From positions 136,807 to 200,806 of the forward strand of contig JBGOEK010000002.1 of the NCBI GenBank assembly GCA_041537945.1: a DNA stretch of 64,000 nt, given 5' to 3'. This document shows positions 18,717 to 27,653 of the stretch, piece after piece. The notes beneath the pieces were generated by a model. The model worked only from the letters and a program-made list of their open reading frames with translations. It made no database searches and had not been told where the DNA came from. The position numbers were made by a program, and so were the translations under genes. This DNA is from Candidatus Thermosaccharophagus yellowstonensis (GTDB lineage: Bacteria; Armatimonadota; Fervidibacteria; Fervidibacterales; Thermosaccharophagaceae). Each line of letters begins with the position of its first letter. Positions within the stretch are counted from its first letter, which is position 1.

Positions 18717-19766
18717 GTGGTAGATCAGTTGGCACAAATGCTGATGGAGGTGAGGATAGTGGATGTTCATTCACTCGTGATGTGCGATGCGAATGCGTGT
18801 TGGCGCAGTCATCCTGAGGAGTGGCAACCGATCGTTGATGAATGGAGCAAGCTATTTCGCGTGTCGTTGCAGAAGCACTCATGGGTTCAATATGGTGGAT
18901 GTAGAGTGGAAGGTCTTACGGTGACCGACAGGATCGATGAAGGGAACGAGAAGGAAGTTCGCTTACTTGTGACAGTCCCACATGCGCATGAGCCAGCTGG
19001 GACAGCTGTATGCGTTGACTTTGCATGCCAACTGCTAACTGGTCATCACCTTGACGGCTCTGAGAGCAAATTGCCCATCAGCGAAATACTGGAGAGGGCG
19101 CTCATAACGCTCCTTCCAGATACGAATTCGCAAGGGAGAGCAAAAAGCCCAGTCAAGTGTTGGGACGGAACCAAGTTCGATAACGAATCCTTCCTCAAGG
19201 TGGCGTTCGGCATCGCAAGCGATGGTTCACGCTTCGGGCGCTACCCAGAATGGCGCTATAGCGAGCACAAGCCAAAGTCAGCCGGAATCATCTATGAGCA
19301 AATCGATGATGACACATTCGTTGAGCCTAACACGAGCAAGAAATCAACTCACTCATTTGCGATTGATGTGTGCTTCTATGCTTTCCACTACACGCATTAC
19401 CTTGAGCTACATCAGCATGAGGTTGATGAGGCAGTCTTACTCCCATCAAACTACGATGAGCTGAGCCTGAGCGAGAAGGAGGAGCTGAACAAGTGGTCTG
19501 AAGCCATCTTAGAGGCATGGAAGGAAATTGGCGCAACGCCTACACCACAACCATTCGTGCCATACGCAGGGCAACAGCGCCAGCAGTTCCTGAAAGCCTT
19601 TTGGGATGGCAGGGATGCGAAGAAGATGAAGAGGCTAAGCATTGAGGTGCGTAACAATAGGCATGCAAAAACTGGTGCGCCAACTCCACTTGAGCACCAG
19701 TTCAAAATGGCTTTGTGCGCATTAACTGTGAGCGTTCTTCACCTGCTCGGCATCAAACTGCCATAG
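18717..19766 (+). CDS. hypothetical protein, possibly M14 zinc-carboxypeptidase-like
   Basis: VTVPHAHEPAG (HxxE), LLPDTNSQGR (NPDG-like) and a later LELHQHE His, in the order expected for M14 zinc ligands. The match is weak. The start is uncertain (18717 or ATG 18738). Confidence 0.45.
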   Translation: MVDQLAQMLMEVRIVDVHSLVMCDANACWRSHPEEWQPIVDEWSKLFRVSLQKHSWVQYGGCRVEGLTVTDRIDEGNEKEVRLLVTVPHAHEPAGTAVCVDFACQLLTGHHLDGSESKLPISEILERALITLLPDTNSQGRAKSPVKCWDGTKFDNESFLKVAFGIASDGSRFGRYPEWRYSEHKPKSAGIIYEQIDDDTFVEPNTSKKSTHSFAIDVCFYAFHYTHYLELHQHEVDEAVLLPSNYDELSLSEKEELNKWSEAILEAWKEIGATPTPQPFVPYAGQQRQQFLKAFWDGRDAKKMKRLSIEVRNNRHAKTGAPTPLEHQFKMALCALTVSVLHLLGIKLP

Positions 19767-19901
19767 CCAGCGCTACTTTACATGGCTTTGGCAGTGCATA
19801 AAAATGAAAAGATGGCACGCCCATCAGTATGTCCTTTGATGCTACCCTTTCACTGCCCTCAAACTGCACACAGAAAAATCAAGAGATGGAGGTGATGTGC
19901 T

Positions 19902-19997
19902 GTGCCTTCCGACAAGAAGAAGCATCGTAAGAAAGTGAAGAAGCACTGGCAGAAGAAGAGGCGCAGGATGCACAGGCACAAGAAGAAGAATCGTTAA
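19902..19997 (+). CDS. 31-aa highly basic micro-protein, bS22 (AURKAIP1/COX24-domain)-like ribosomal protein candidate
   Basis: Below the track cutoff. GTG 19902 is preceded by GGAGG with 9-nt spacing. Product: MPSDKKKHRKKVKKHWQKKRRRMHRHKKKNR. The KKKHRK core resembles actinobacterial bS22 (from memory). Confidence 0.5.
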   Translation: MPSDKKKHRKKVKKHWQKKRRRMHRHKKKNR

Positions 19998-20056
19998 TCG
20001 TGCCGATGATGCAACTGCGCATCAACCTTGTTTGATTGAGTTGGTGTGGAACTGAG

Positions 20057-20950
20057 ATGGAGCACAATGATGAGCGAGGAAATGAAGGAGGCATCCTTTT
20101 TGTTTGCGCTACACCCATAGGGAACCTGAAAGACATAACACTGCGTGGGCTTGATGTGCTACGGTCAGTTGACTTCGTCGTCGCCGAAGATACGAGGGTC
20201 GCAAAGCGACTATTGAACCACTACGGGATAAAGAAGCCAGTCATAAGCTTCCACGAGCATTCAAAGAAGGGGCGTCTGCGTCATTTGCTCAACCTCCTTG
20301 AGAGCGGTCACAAGCTCGCCATCATCTCAGATGCTGGAACCCCTTGCATATCAGATCCTGGCTCTGAACTTGTGAGTGAAGCGCTTTCGCGTGGTTTCCG
20401 AGTTGTGCCGATACCAGGACCTTCAGCGATAACAGCAGCGCTGTCAGTTGCTGGCATGAAAGCTCAGCGCTTCATCTTCTTAGGCTTCCTACCGAGGGAG
20501 AGAAACGAAAGGAAGAAGTTGCTTAGCGAAGTAAGTCTGTGGCGCTACCCAATCGTCATATATGAAGCGCCACACAGGCTTGTTGAAACGCTCACGCAAC
20601 TATTGCAAGTGCTCGGAAACAGGAAAGTTGTTGTCGCAAGGGAACTCACAAAGCAATTTGAGGAAGTGTTCGCTTCGGACTTGGAAAGTGCGCGCAAGCA
20701 TTTCCTGTCAACCGAGCCGAGGGGTGAATTCACACTCGTCATTGAGGGCGCTTCAAAGCCATCTCAATGCGAAGTTTGCAAGGTTGACGAGAAAGACATC
20801 GATGAACTCATTCAAAAGATGCTCTCCGAAGGCTCATCAACGAAGGAAGTTGTAAATAGGCTTGTTTTGGAGTTTGGGATGCGCCACAAGGAAGCATACG
20901 AGCGCACATTGATTGCCCGCAACAAATTCGCCTCTAACAAAATGACCTAA
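20057..20950 (+). CDS. rsmI: 16S rRNA (cytidine1402-2'-O)-methyltransferase RsmI
   Basis: LFVCATPIGNLKDITLRGLDVLRSVDFVVAEDTR ... SDAGTPCISDPG, a tetrapyrrole-methylase fold typical of RsmI. The track ORF begins at 20036; ATG 20057 is preferred. Confidence 0.9.
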   Translation: MEHNDERGNEGGILFVCATPIGNLKDITLRGLDVLRSVDFVVAEDTRVAKRLLNHYGIKKPVISFHEHSKKGRLRHLLNLLESGHKLAIISDAGTPCISDPGSELVSEALSRGFRVVPIPGPSAITAALSVAGMKAQRFIFLGFLPRERNERKKLLSEVSLWRYPIVIYEAPHRLVETLTQLLQVLGNRKVVVARELTKQFEEVFASDLESARKHFLSTEPRGEFTLVIEGASKPSQCEVCKVDEKDIDELIQKMLSEGSSTKEVVNRLVLEFGMRHKEAYERTLIARNKFASNKMT

Positions 20951-20967
20951 CACCCACTAACGCCAAC

Positions 20968-23316
20968 TCACCTGCTATTGCCAGATGCAACACGATACAC
21001 CTTGAGCGAAATGAGAAACGCAATCGCACAAAGGGAAATGAATGAGCCAACAAGGTAGCTTGTAGGCAGAAAAACAAAAGTGACATCGTGCTTCCCCTTG
21101 CCAACCTTGACCGCCATGAAAGCCCCATTAGCCACACTCACTCCCTTCCTCACCCCGTCAACAAACGCTTTCCAACCAGGATGAAAACACTCAAGCCACA
21201 CAAGCCATCCATCACAACTCGCTTCACAACTCGCTTCAAAGATTTCATACCCCCACCTTCGTATGGCTACTTTGCCATCGCCACCTACAACACGCATCCC
21301 CTCACCAACTACTTCCCCAACTAACACAACCTCCCTCCTTGCATCAAACGAAGGTTTGCTGACCAACCTTATGGCATCGTCAGTTGTGCGCACTCTGCGT
21401 GCACGGGAAACAAAGTAGACCATCGGAAGCGCTTCATCATCTTCGTAAACAAAAATGCCATCTTCAGTCTCAGCAAGTAACTTCAAATGCTTTTGCTTTT
21501 TTCTCCAAGGCGAGATGATGCGCTTAACGCCAGCCAACTTGCATAAGCGTGCGATGTCTTTGTGCATAAGGTCGGTTTTAACAACGAATGGCTCTGACCA
21601 GTATGGGCGTGAGATTAGCTTTCCCTCGGTGTAGATGGCTCTTTTTGATTGAAGCACATTCAAGTTCGGCTTCAACAGCTCAAGTTGCGCCATAACCAGG
21701 GCGTCAAACTTACTCTTGCAAACACCATGATTGAGGTAACGGTTTGCCAAAAGCACATGTGCTATCGGCATCCTTTCGCTGAAGTAACGCTCATTCTCAC
21801 CGATGTATCTTGCAACGCTTGAGCGATGGCTAAAAATGCTCTTTTCAACGCCAACAGAAAACTCCATCCCTTGAGCCAACAAAAACAATTCGCACACCAT
21901 GCCGATTAGCAAGAGATGAGCAAAACGATGGGTGAACTGTGAAGGTGACTTGGTCTCTTGCGACTCCATAACCGCCCACAACAACCCCATGATAGCATAC
22001 GCCCAAAGACATAAAACCAAAAGCATGTCAAGCAAATCAGCAAAAACATCATGAGATGGCTTCATAAACCGCATAGCCATAACAAAACTCAGAAACGCCG
22101 CATAAAGAACCACACAAATGGCAAACAAAATCTTGCGCTTCGGCAAACCACAAAGAAGCCTTTGCATGCCAATCGATGAAAGAACACAAACGCTCAATGT
22201 GTATGTGTAAAGCCACCTCGATGGACACCTGAAACGATAAAAGGCAGAGGCAACTGGGGCAAGAAATTGCCAAAATGGCGTGTATGAGCCAAATGAGAGA
22301 ATAAGCGACAAAAACCAAAAAAGAGAAAAGAAAAGGGAAAACCCTTCCTTACTCGCACACGCAAGCACGCCTATGAAAGCCAAAAGCATCGTTGAATGCC
22401 CGACAAATGAAAAAGCCTCTGCTCTGGTTGTAAAAAAGCCGCTGACAAATGTCCCATAGCTGTTTGGCAAAACACTCGTCACAAGCCACCGCAACGGTGA
22501 AAGTGAATCTAATGAGGCAAACTCTTTCGTTGGAATTCTCACTGAGAACCTTGCCACCTCAAAAGTTGGAAGGAGTTGTATAGCAAAAACAACAAAAAGA
22601 ACAAAAAGCGAAACAAGCCACAAAAGAAAACACCTCTTTAAGCCCACATTGAATTGCACCCCCAAAAAAGCCGTAAAAGCAACTGCCATCACAAAACTGT
22701 AGTATGTAAACGGTGAGCCAGTCAAAGCTTGCAACCCAAAAACAATGCCAAGCTTTATCCCCCACGCAACTACATCACCCCCAAATGTAAGCGCCCTGTA
22801 AACCACAAATAAGCCCAGCGGAAGATATGGGTAGGAAAGCACAAGATTTAAATGCCCTATATGCCCCTGTATGAAGCCACTGAGCATAAACGCAAATGCT
22901 CCAAAAAGTGAAGGCAACATGGACAACCGCAAACAGCTACGCAAAAACAAAAAAGTCGCATACCCTGAGAGGATAAGATGCAACCAGATGGAAAACGATA
23001 TGGCAGTGTGAGCTTGAAATGGCAGTGTAAGCCACAGTGGCGGATAGAAAACTTGATACTGTGGCTCTGCAAGCGCAGTTATGCCCATGTTGCAATATGG
23101 CTGCCAAAGTGGCAATTGCATCTCAAGGAGGCGCTTTGAAACATAATGCCTTGTCGGGTAGAAGAATGTGAATATGTCGCCATGCCAAAGTGGGTATCCG
23201 AAGATGACTTGCCTGAATAGAAGCAATGTCGCAAGCGCTGTGAAAAGCAACAGCGCACCGATGTGATGAAGCCAATTTAACCTCTCTACAGCGAGCTTAA
23301 CTTTCACTCCAACCAC
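20968..23316 (-). CDS. YfhO-family polytopic membrane glycosyltransferase-like protein
   Basis: 782 aa with many TM helices. LPLWQPYCNMGITALAEPQYQVFYPPLW matches the YfhO signature (lWnPy..G.P..a.pq..fYP, from memory). A large C-terminal extracytoplasmic domain is present. Confidence 0.7.
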   Translation of the reverse strand: MVGVKVKLAVERLNWLHHIGALLLFTALATLLLFRQVIFGYPLWHGDIFTFFYPTRHYVSKRLLEMQLPLWQPYCNMGITALAEPQYQVFYPPLWLTLPFQAHTAISFSIWLHLILSGYATFLFLRSCLRLSMLPSLFGAFAFMLSGFIQGHIGHLNLVLSYPYLPLGLFVVYRALTFGGDVVAWGIKLGIVFGLQALTGSPFTYYSFVMAVAFTAFLGVQFNVGLKRCFLLWLVSLFVLFVVFAIQLLPTFEVARFSVRIPTKEFASLDSLSPLRWLVTSVLPNSYGTFVSGFFTTRAEAFSFVGHSTMLLAFIGVLACASKEGFSLFFSLFWFLSLILSFGSYTPFWQFLAPVASAFYRFRCPSRWLYTYTLSVCVLSSIGMQRLLCGLPKRKILFAICVVLYAAFLSFVMAMRFMKPSHDVFADLLDMLLVLCLWAYAIMGLLWAVMESQETKSPSQFTHRFAHLLLIGMVCELFLLAQGMEFSVGVEKSIFSHRSSVARYIGENERYFSERMPIAHVLLANRYLNHGVCKSKFDALVMAQLELLKPNLNVLQSKRAIYTEGKLISRPYWSEPFVVKTDLMHKDIARLCKLAGVKRIISPWRKKQKHLKLLAETEDGIFVYEDDEALPMVYFVSRARRVRTTDDAIRLVSKPSFDARREVVLVGEVVGEGMRVVGGDGKVAIRRWGYEIFEASCEASCDGWLVWLECFHPGWKAFVDGVRKGVSVANGAFMAVKVGKGKHDVTFVFLPTSYLVGSFISLCAIAFLISLKVYRVASGNSR

Positions 23317-23381
23317 TGCTCTTGATCATCCTCAAGTGCATAGCCTTCGTAAACAACCACTTCGTTTGCAGGCTCACTCCC

Positions 23382-24950
23382 TTACTTCCTCTTCACCTGA
23401 TAAAGCTTAGCGCTTATCTTTGAGCCATTCCAGCTCATGAGCACATGGGCACTCTTCTTGAGTTCTCTATTCAACCAATCGGTTGGATCAATCTGCCAGA
23501 GCCTGTTCTCAATGACGAGGATGCGCCTATGCTTCCCGAGAATCTCGTTCAACCAAGCAGTGGCTCTCATCCGCTCAGCATCGGTGACGAGCGATGGGAC
23601 CTCAATGAAGTTTCTTCTGCCAGCATAGTAAAGCCGAAATGTTAAGCTCCCTGCAGGCGCATTGAGGATGATGAGCTCAACCTCGTTCTCATGTGCCATA
23701 GCAAGCTTTCCAGCACCACGCCAATCGTCACGAAAGTAATTGCGATCGTGCATCATGTTGTATGTGCCGATTGCGTGAAGCAAGATGGCAGATGCTACAG
23801 CAAGCCTTGCGTTGGCAACCATGAGCCTTCGGAAAAGGCTATCACATTTTACACCAACAGAGAGCCATGTCACCAGAAGCCAAATCGGCACTATGCCATC
23901 AATGACACGCTGCCAGCGGTTAAACTCGCCTATCAAAATCGGGCAAGCAAAGGTTACGCAAGCGTGCAGTATGAACCAGACGATGAGGAGAAGAAAAGCC
24001 GTCCTTCGTTGTTCATCAAAATCCTTAAGGGTTGAGCGAGCCGAGCACACGATGTGAGCGAGAACAATTAAGCATGATGCCAAGGAGATAAGCAAAAGCG
24101 CAAGCGTCAAAGTGCGGGAATGGCTGAGCCCGTATTCGTATCCGAAAAAGTCGTTCAGGATGAATGCAACTACTACTCCATGCCAAAGGTGAGTCACGCC
24201 GAATTTCATTCCCATAGCATTCTCCTGCGTCATCACAAAAGCGAGCCATAAAAGAAGCACCACCAAAGCCATCAAATCAGCAACCAGAGCGCGTAGCGAC
24301 CGTTTGTGCTGAGCTTGTTGCGTTGAAAGCAAAACAGCGCATATCAAACGAGAGAGCAATGGCAAAATCGCCATGTAGCATGAAAGGAGGCTCAATGCGC
24401 TTGCAAGCCATAACCAAATTTCTCTCCCTCGCTTTGAGCTGTTCAAGCACTCAACGAAGAGCAAGCACACAAGTGTTGAAAGAAACACATGGAGCATGTA
24501 TGGGCGAGCTTCTTGTGAGAAACGAATGGCACCCGGATGAAGCGCAATCAAAGTAGCGCACAAAAGCGCATGGGCAACACCGCCAACACGCAGTGCAAAG
24601 AGCACCGTGACAACGATTAGCGCAACACCACTCAGAGCCGAAACAAACCTTGCAAGCGCTTCACCTAATGGCGTTGCAAACCGATGCTCACTAATGCCGA
24701 ATAGATGCATCAGTGGGGATGTGAGCAAGCAATAGAGCGGCGGGTGACGATCCTCCTTTGCGATTCGCAAAAGCATCCTCTTCAGCCCTTCGGAACACCA
24801 ACTCACAGTGAACGCTTCATCGACCCAAAGGCTGTCTTTAGCTATGTAGCCAAACCTCAACGCAAAACCTATGAGGAGCAGAACCCAAAGTAAAAGCATT
24901 GCCCTTGCCTTCACTTGCGCCACCACGCATGTCCCTAAGCATAACTGCAT
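23382..24950 (-). CDS. glycosyltransferase family 39 (ArnT/PMT-like, GT-C fold)
   Basis: DSLWVDEAFTVSW ... DRHPPLYCLL in the first loop is typical of GT39/ArnT-like enzymes. About 12 TM helices plus a C-terminal soluble domain. Confidence 0.7.
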   Translation of the reverse strand: MQLCLGTCVVAQVKARAMLLLWVLLLIGFALRFGYIAKDSLWVDEAFTVSWCSEGLKRMLLRIAKEDRHPPLYCLLTSPLMHLFGISEHRFATPLGEALARFVSALSGVALIVVTVLFALRVGGVAHALLCATLIALHPGAIRFSQEARPYMLHVFLSTLVCLLFVECLNSSKRGREIWLWLASALSLLSCYMAILPLLSRLICAVLLSTQQAQHKRSLRALVADLMALVVLLLWLAFVMTQENAMGMKFGVTHLWHGVVVAFILNDFFGYEYGLSHSRTLTLALLLISLASCLIVLAHIVCSARSTLKDFDEQRRTAFLLLIVWFILHACVTFACPILIGEFNRWQRVIDGIVPIWLLVTWLSVGVKCDSLFRRLMVANARLAVASAILLHAIGTYNMMHDRNYFRDDWRGAGKLAMAHENEVELIILNAPAGSLTFRLYYAGRRNFIEVPSLVTDAERMRATAWLNEILGKHRRILVIENRLWQIDPTDWLNRELKKSAHVLMSWNGSKISAKLYQVKRK

Positions 24951-24994
24951 TCCAAAACGACCACACTTTAATTTGGCTCGCCCAGCATAAGGTG

Positions 24995-25022
24995 ATTATA
25001 CCGAAACAATCCACGACCTCAA
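24995..25022 (-). promoter_or_regulatory. candidate sigma70-type promoter of the GT39-YfhO operon
   Basis: Minus strand reads TTGAGG, 16-nt spacer, TATAAT (25000-24995), about 45 nt upstream of ATG 24950. Confidence 0.4.
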
Positions 25023-25071
25023 CTCAAGACAGCGCCAATCTCACACCGATGAGCTTGAGCATGGAGGGGTG

Positions 25072-25098
25072 TTGACAGGTGATTTTTTTTGCTATACT
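25072..25098 (+). promoter_or_regulatory. candidate promoter of pseudopilin gene 25215..25967
   Basis: TTGACA-ggtgattttttttgc-TATACT (15-nt spacer with a T8 run, TGC extended -10-like). Followed by a purine-rich leader of about 110 nt that is alignable with the one at 18480..18592. Confidence 0.5.
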
Positions 25099-25214
25099 TA
25101 ATCATGAGAGCAGGTGCAAGGAACTGCGAAGGGAGGTGATGGGAAGAAGTAAGAAGCTACGGAGGTCAAGACGAAGGGAGCGAAAGGCTAACTTACTCAA
25201 GGAGGCGATGTGAG

Positions 25215-25315
25215 ATGAAGATGAGGAAGCAAGTCAAATTTGGTTTTACGCTCATTGAGCTGCTGGTGGTGATTGCTATAATCGCCATCCTGGCAGCTAT
25301 CCTGTTCCCGGTGTT
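25215..25315 (+). repeat. 101-nt block identical to the reverse complement of 18379..18479
   Basis: See the partner repeat feature. Base-for-base identity was checked by hand. Confidence 0.8.
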
Positions 25316-25967
25316 CGCAAAGGCAAGGGAGAAGGCAAGGATGGCGAGCTGTCAAAGTAACCTGAAGCAGATTGGGATAGGGTTTGCGATGTATACTCAG
25401 GACTACGACGGCTTCTGGCCCGCTGGTAACAACCCAGACAACAACACTTGTGCTGGCATAGTGTATCGCAACGGTTGGCGTGGTTGGATTGGAAATGGAA
25501 TCTACCCATACATCAAAAACCCACAGGTATTTCTCTGTCCAAGCAGACCTGCAGGTGGCTGGGGGGTTAACCGCGATGCTAATGGTGCAGTTTGCACAAA
25601 TGCTTATTTCACTGCAGCTTCATACACTTTCAACTATCGTGGGCTTTTTGGGGTGCATGATACGGCTATCCCACAACCTGCTCAGTTTGTAGCAATGTGG
25701 TGCACTGTAAACTGTTGGAACGACTGCTATCCAAACAGCAGTTGCGGGATTGAGACGAGAGACATACGATGGATCAGAGACAACAAGGACTATTCCAACT
25801 CACATTGGCACAATGAAATGGCGAACTACCTGTTCGCAGACGGACATGTCAAGGCATATCGTCTTAACCAAATCACATGGGATCAGCTTGAGAGGATGGC
25901 AACAACTTGTGTTAACTATGGTAAGTCCGTGTTCACGCCTTGGCAGACTGGTCCTGGATGCCCATAA
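25215..25967 (+). CDS. prepilin-type N-terminal cleavage/methylation domain protein, H-X9-DG (DUF1559) family
   Basis: [43 protein letters not shown]-terminus. [13 protein letters not shown] is the H-X9-DG motif. Confidence 0.9.
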   Translation: MKMRKQVKFGFTLIELLVVIAIIAILAAILFPVFAKAREKARMASCQSNLKQIGIGFAMYTQDYDGFWPAGNNPDNNTCAGIVYRNGWRGWIGNGIYPYIKNPQVFLCPSRPAGGWGVNRDANGAVCTNAYFTAASYTFNYRGLFGVHDTAIPQPAQFVAMWCTVNCWNDCYPNSSCGIETRDIRWIRDNKDYSNSHWHNEMANYLFADGHVKAYRLNQITWDQLERMATTCVNYGKSVFTPWQTGPGCP

Positions 25968-26067
25968 CATGCTCTGCACCTGCTTAATCATGATGAGCTT
26001 GTGAAAATTGCTTTTGGGCTGTGGCATCACTGCGAGAGGTTGAGCGCAGTGGTGCGACAGCTCTTTT

Positions 26068-27513
26068 TCATTCTTGTGATTTCGCTCTTAGCTTGCGTTC
26101 GCAGTAGAGCGCATCGAGCAGTTCGGCTCTTCTACCCTTCGGCATCTCGCAAAGTAGCTCTTCACCGGTGTAGAAGCCACAGCCGATTATGTCGCCTTCA
26201 AAAGCTATAGCTACATATCCCCTTGCGCAATCAAAGCGTGCTTTGACAGGTTGCCCAAGGAGCAACTGCGTCAGCTCTTGCACCTCAACTTGGACTATGC
26301 TTGAGGTTATGTATGGCTGGAGCCACATGAGCGCATAGCTTGTTGGCTTGAACCTTCCATCAATGATGTGTGCCAAGCGTATCCCAACCGATATAACATT
26401 GCCGATAGCGTTAGCGATGTCTAAATCTGCGCTTGTGACCCAGATGCTTTCGGAGCTCTCAAAGAAGTTAAGCCCATGGAAGGCTTCATCGGGTATGCCG
26501 AACCTCTCAAATAGGTAACCGAGTAATGCCTCAACATCGCCCTTATGAGCGGGCTTCATTTTCACATGCGCCTTCTTCTGGTTGCGGATACAAGCTACAT
26601 CTCTCCCGCCATCGCTTCTCTCACCGAGTTTCCTTAGGAGGGCAACGAAGCCACCACCTGAGTTGAAGTGATGTGGGTATATGCGCAAGGCATATTGCAT
26701 ATCCTTGTGGAATGGGATACCTTCCCACTCCGTAAGCCCGTTAGAAGATGGCACATCTATCTCTATTGGCTCGATGCGAACATCCCTCGTTTGCAAAGCG
26801 TGCTGGACAACCATCTCGTTTTCCTCTGGGGCGAATGTGCAAGTTGAGTAAACGATGATGCCGCCAACTTTCACGAGGTCAATGGCTTTGAGCAGGAGAG
26901 CTTTTTGCAACCCGCTTATGCGTAGCGAGTATTTGGTGCTGATGTTGTAGCGTCTGCTTGGTGTCTTCCTCAGGTTGCCCTCTGCAGAACAAGGCACATC
27001 AACGATAGCCTTATCAAACTTAAAACCATCAGCTGACATGCGTATCCCATCGTGCTGTGTGACAATGCAGTTTGCCACACTGAGCCTGAATATGTTGCTC
27101 ATCAACGCCCTCAAGCGCCTCGGGTTTGGATCGTTGGCGACCACTGTGCCACTGTTTTGCATCAGCATGGCTATGTGCGTTGTCTTACCGCCCGGCGCAG
27201 CACACATGTCAAGCACAACCTCATGCGGTTTCGGTGAAAGAACCATCGGAGCAATGAGCGATGTGGCTTCTTGGATGTAGTAAAGCCCGAGCCAATGCTC
27301 AACTGTAGAGCCTGCAGACAACTCACCATCAAGCGAGAGCAGATATGGACACCAACCCATCCTCTCAACCTCAAAGCCCTTTCGCAGGAGGCGTTCGATG
27401 AGTTGCTCTGGTGTTATGCGGATGGTGTTAACACGCACATTCGTCGGCATCGGCTCATCTATAACTCGCAAGAACTCATCGTAATTCGGTATGATGTGCT
27501 TGTAGCGCTCCAT
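26068..27513 (-). CDS. RsmB/RsmF (NOL1/NOP2/Sun) family RNA m5C methyltransferase with C-terminal PUA-like extension
   Basis: VLDMCAAPGGKT (motif I), DVPCSAEGNLRK (motif IV Cys) and VYSTCTFAPEENE (motif VI Cys). ATG 27513 (MERYKHIIPNYDEF) is preferred over the longer track ORF start at 27627. Confidence 0.85.
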   Translation of the reverse strand: MERYKHIIPNYDEFLRVIDEPMPTNVRVNTIRITPEQLIERLLRKGFEVERMGWCPYLLSLDGELSAGSTVEHWLGLYYIQEATSLIAPMVLSPKPHEVVLDMCAAPGGKTTHIAMLMQNSGTVVANDPNPRRLRALMSNIFRLSVANCIVTQHDGIRMSADGFKFDKAIVDVPCSAEGNLRKTPSRRYNISTKYSLRISGLQKALLLKAIDLVKVGGIIVYSTCTFAPEENEMVVQHALQTRDVRIEPIEIDVPSSNGLTEWEGIPFHKDMQYALRIYPHHFNSGGGFVALLRKLGERSDGGRDVACIRNQKKAHVKMKPAHKGDVEALLGYLFERFGIPDEAFHGLNFFESSESIWVTSADLDIANAIGNVISVGIRLAHIIDGRFKPTSYALMWLQPYITSSIVQVEVQELTQLLLGQPVKARFDCARGYVAIAFEGDIIGCGFYTGEELLCEMPKGRRAELLDALYCERKLRAKSQE

Positions 27514-27653
27514 AGCGATTCCACACCGCTCAAAGCTTAGTTGTATCAACTCACCACGGGCAAGCATTAACAAAGCACGCCAAAGAAGCACAGCATAATA
27601 GATGGCGTCACCATTTAGTGTATACACACCCGATGAACCTCGGAGTGAAGCGC

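Noticed and set aside
25139-25213. 24-codon basic upstream ORF ([24 protein letters not shown]) in the pseudopilin leader, ending in ATGTGA just before the main ATG
   Set aside because: Its ATG sits only 2 nt after the GGAGG. The paralogous leader at 18480-18592 has a different, much shorter frame (MRERFGRL). The basic composition simply reflects the purine-rich leader.
26029-26052. Hairpin CACTGCG-N10-CGCAGTG between the pseudopilin gene and the convergent RsmF-type gene, considered as a bidirectional terminator
   Set aside because: The stem is only 7 bp. The T-run on the plus strand starts about 13 nt after the stem, and there is none on the minus strand.
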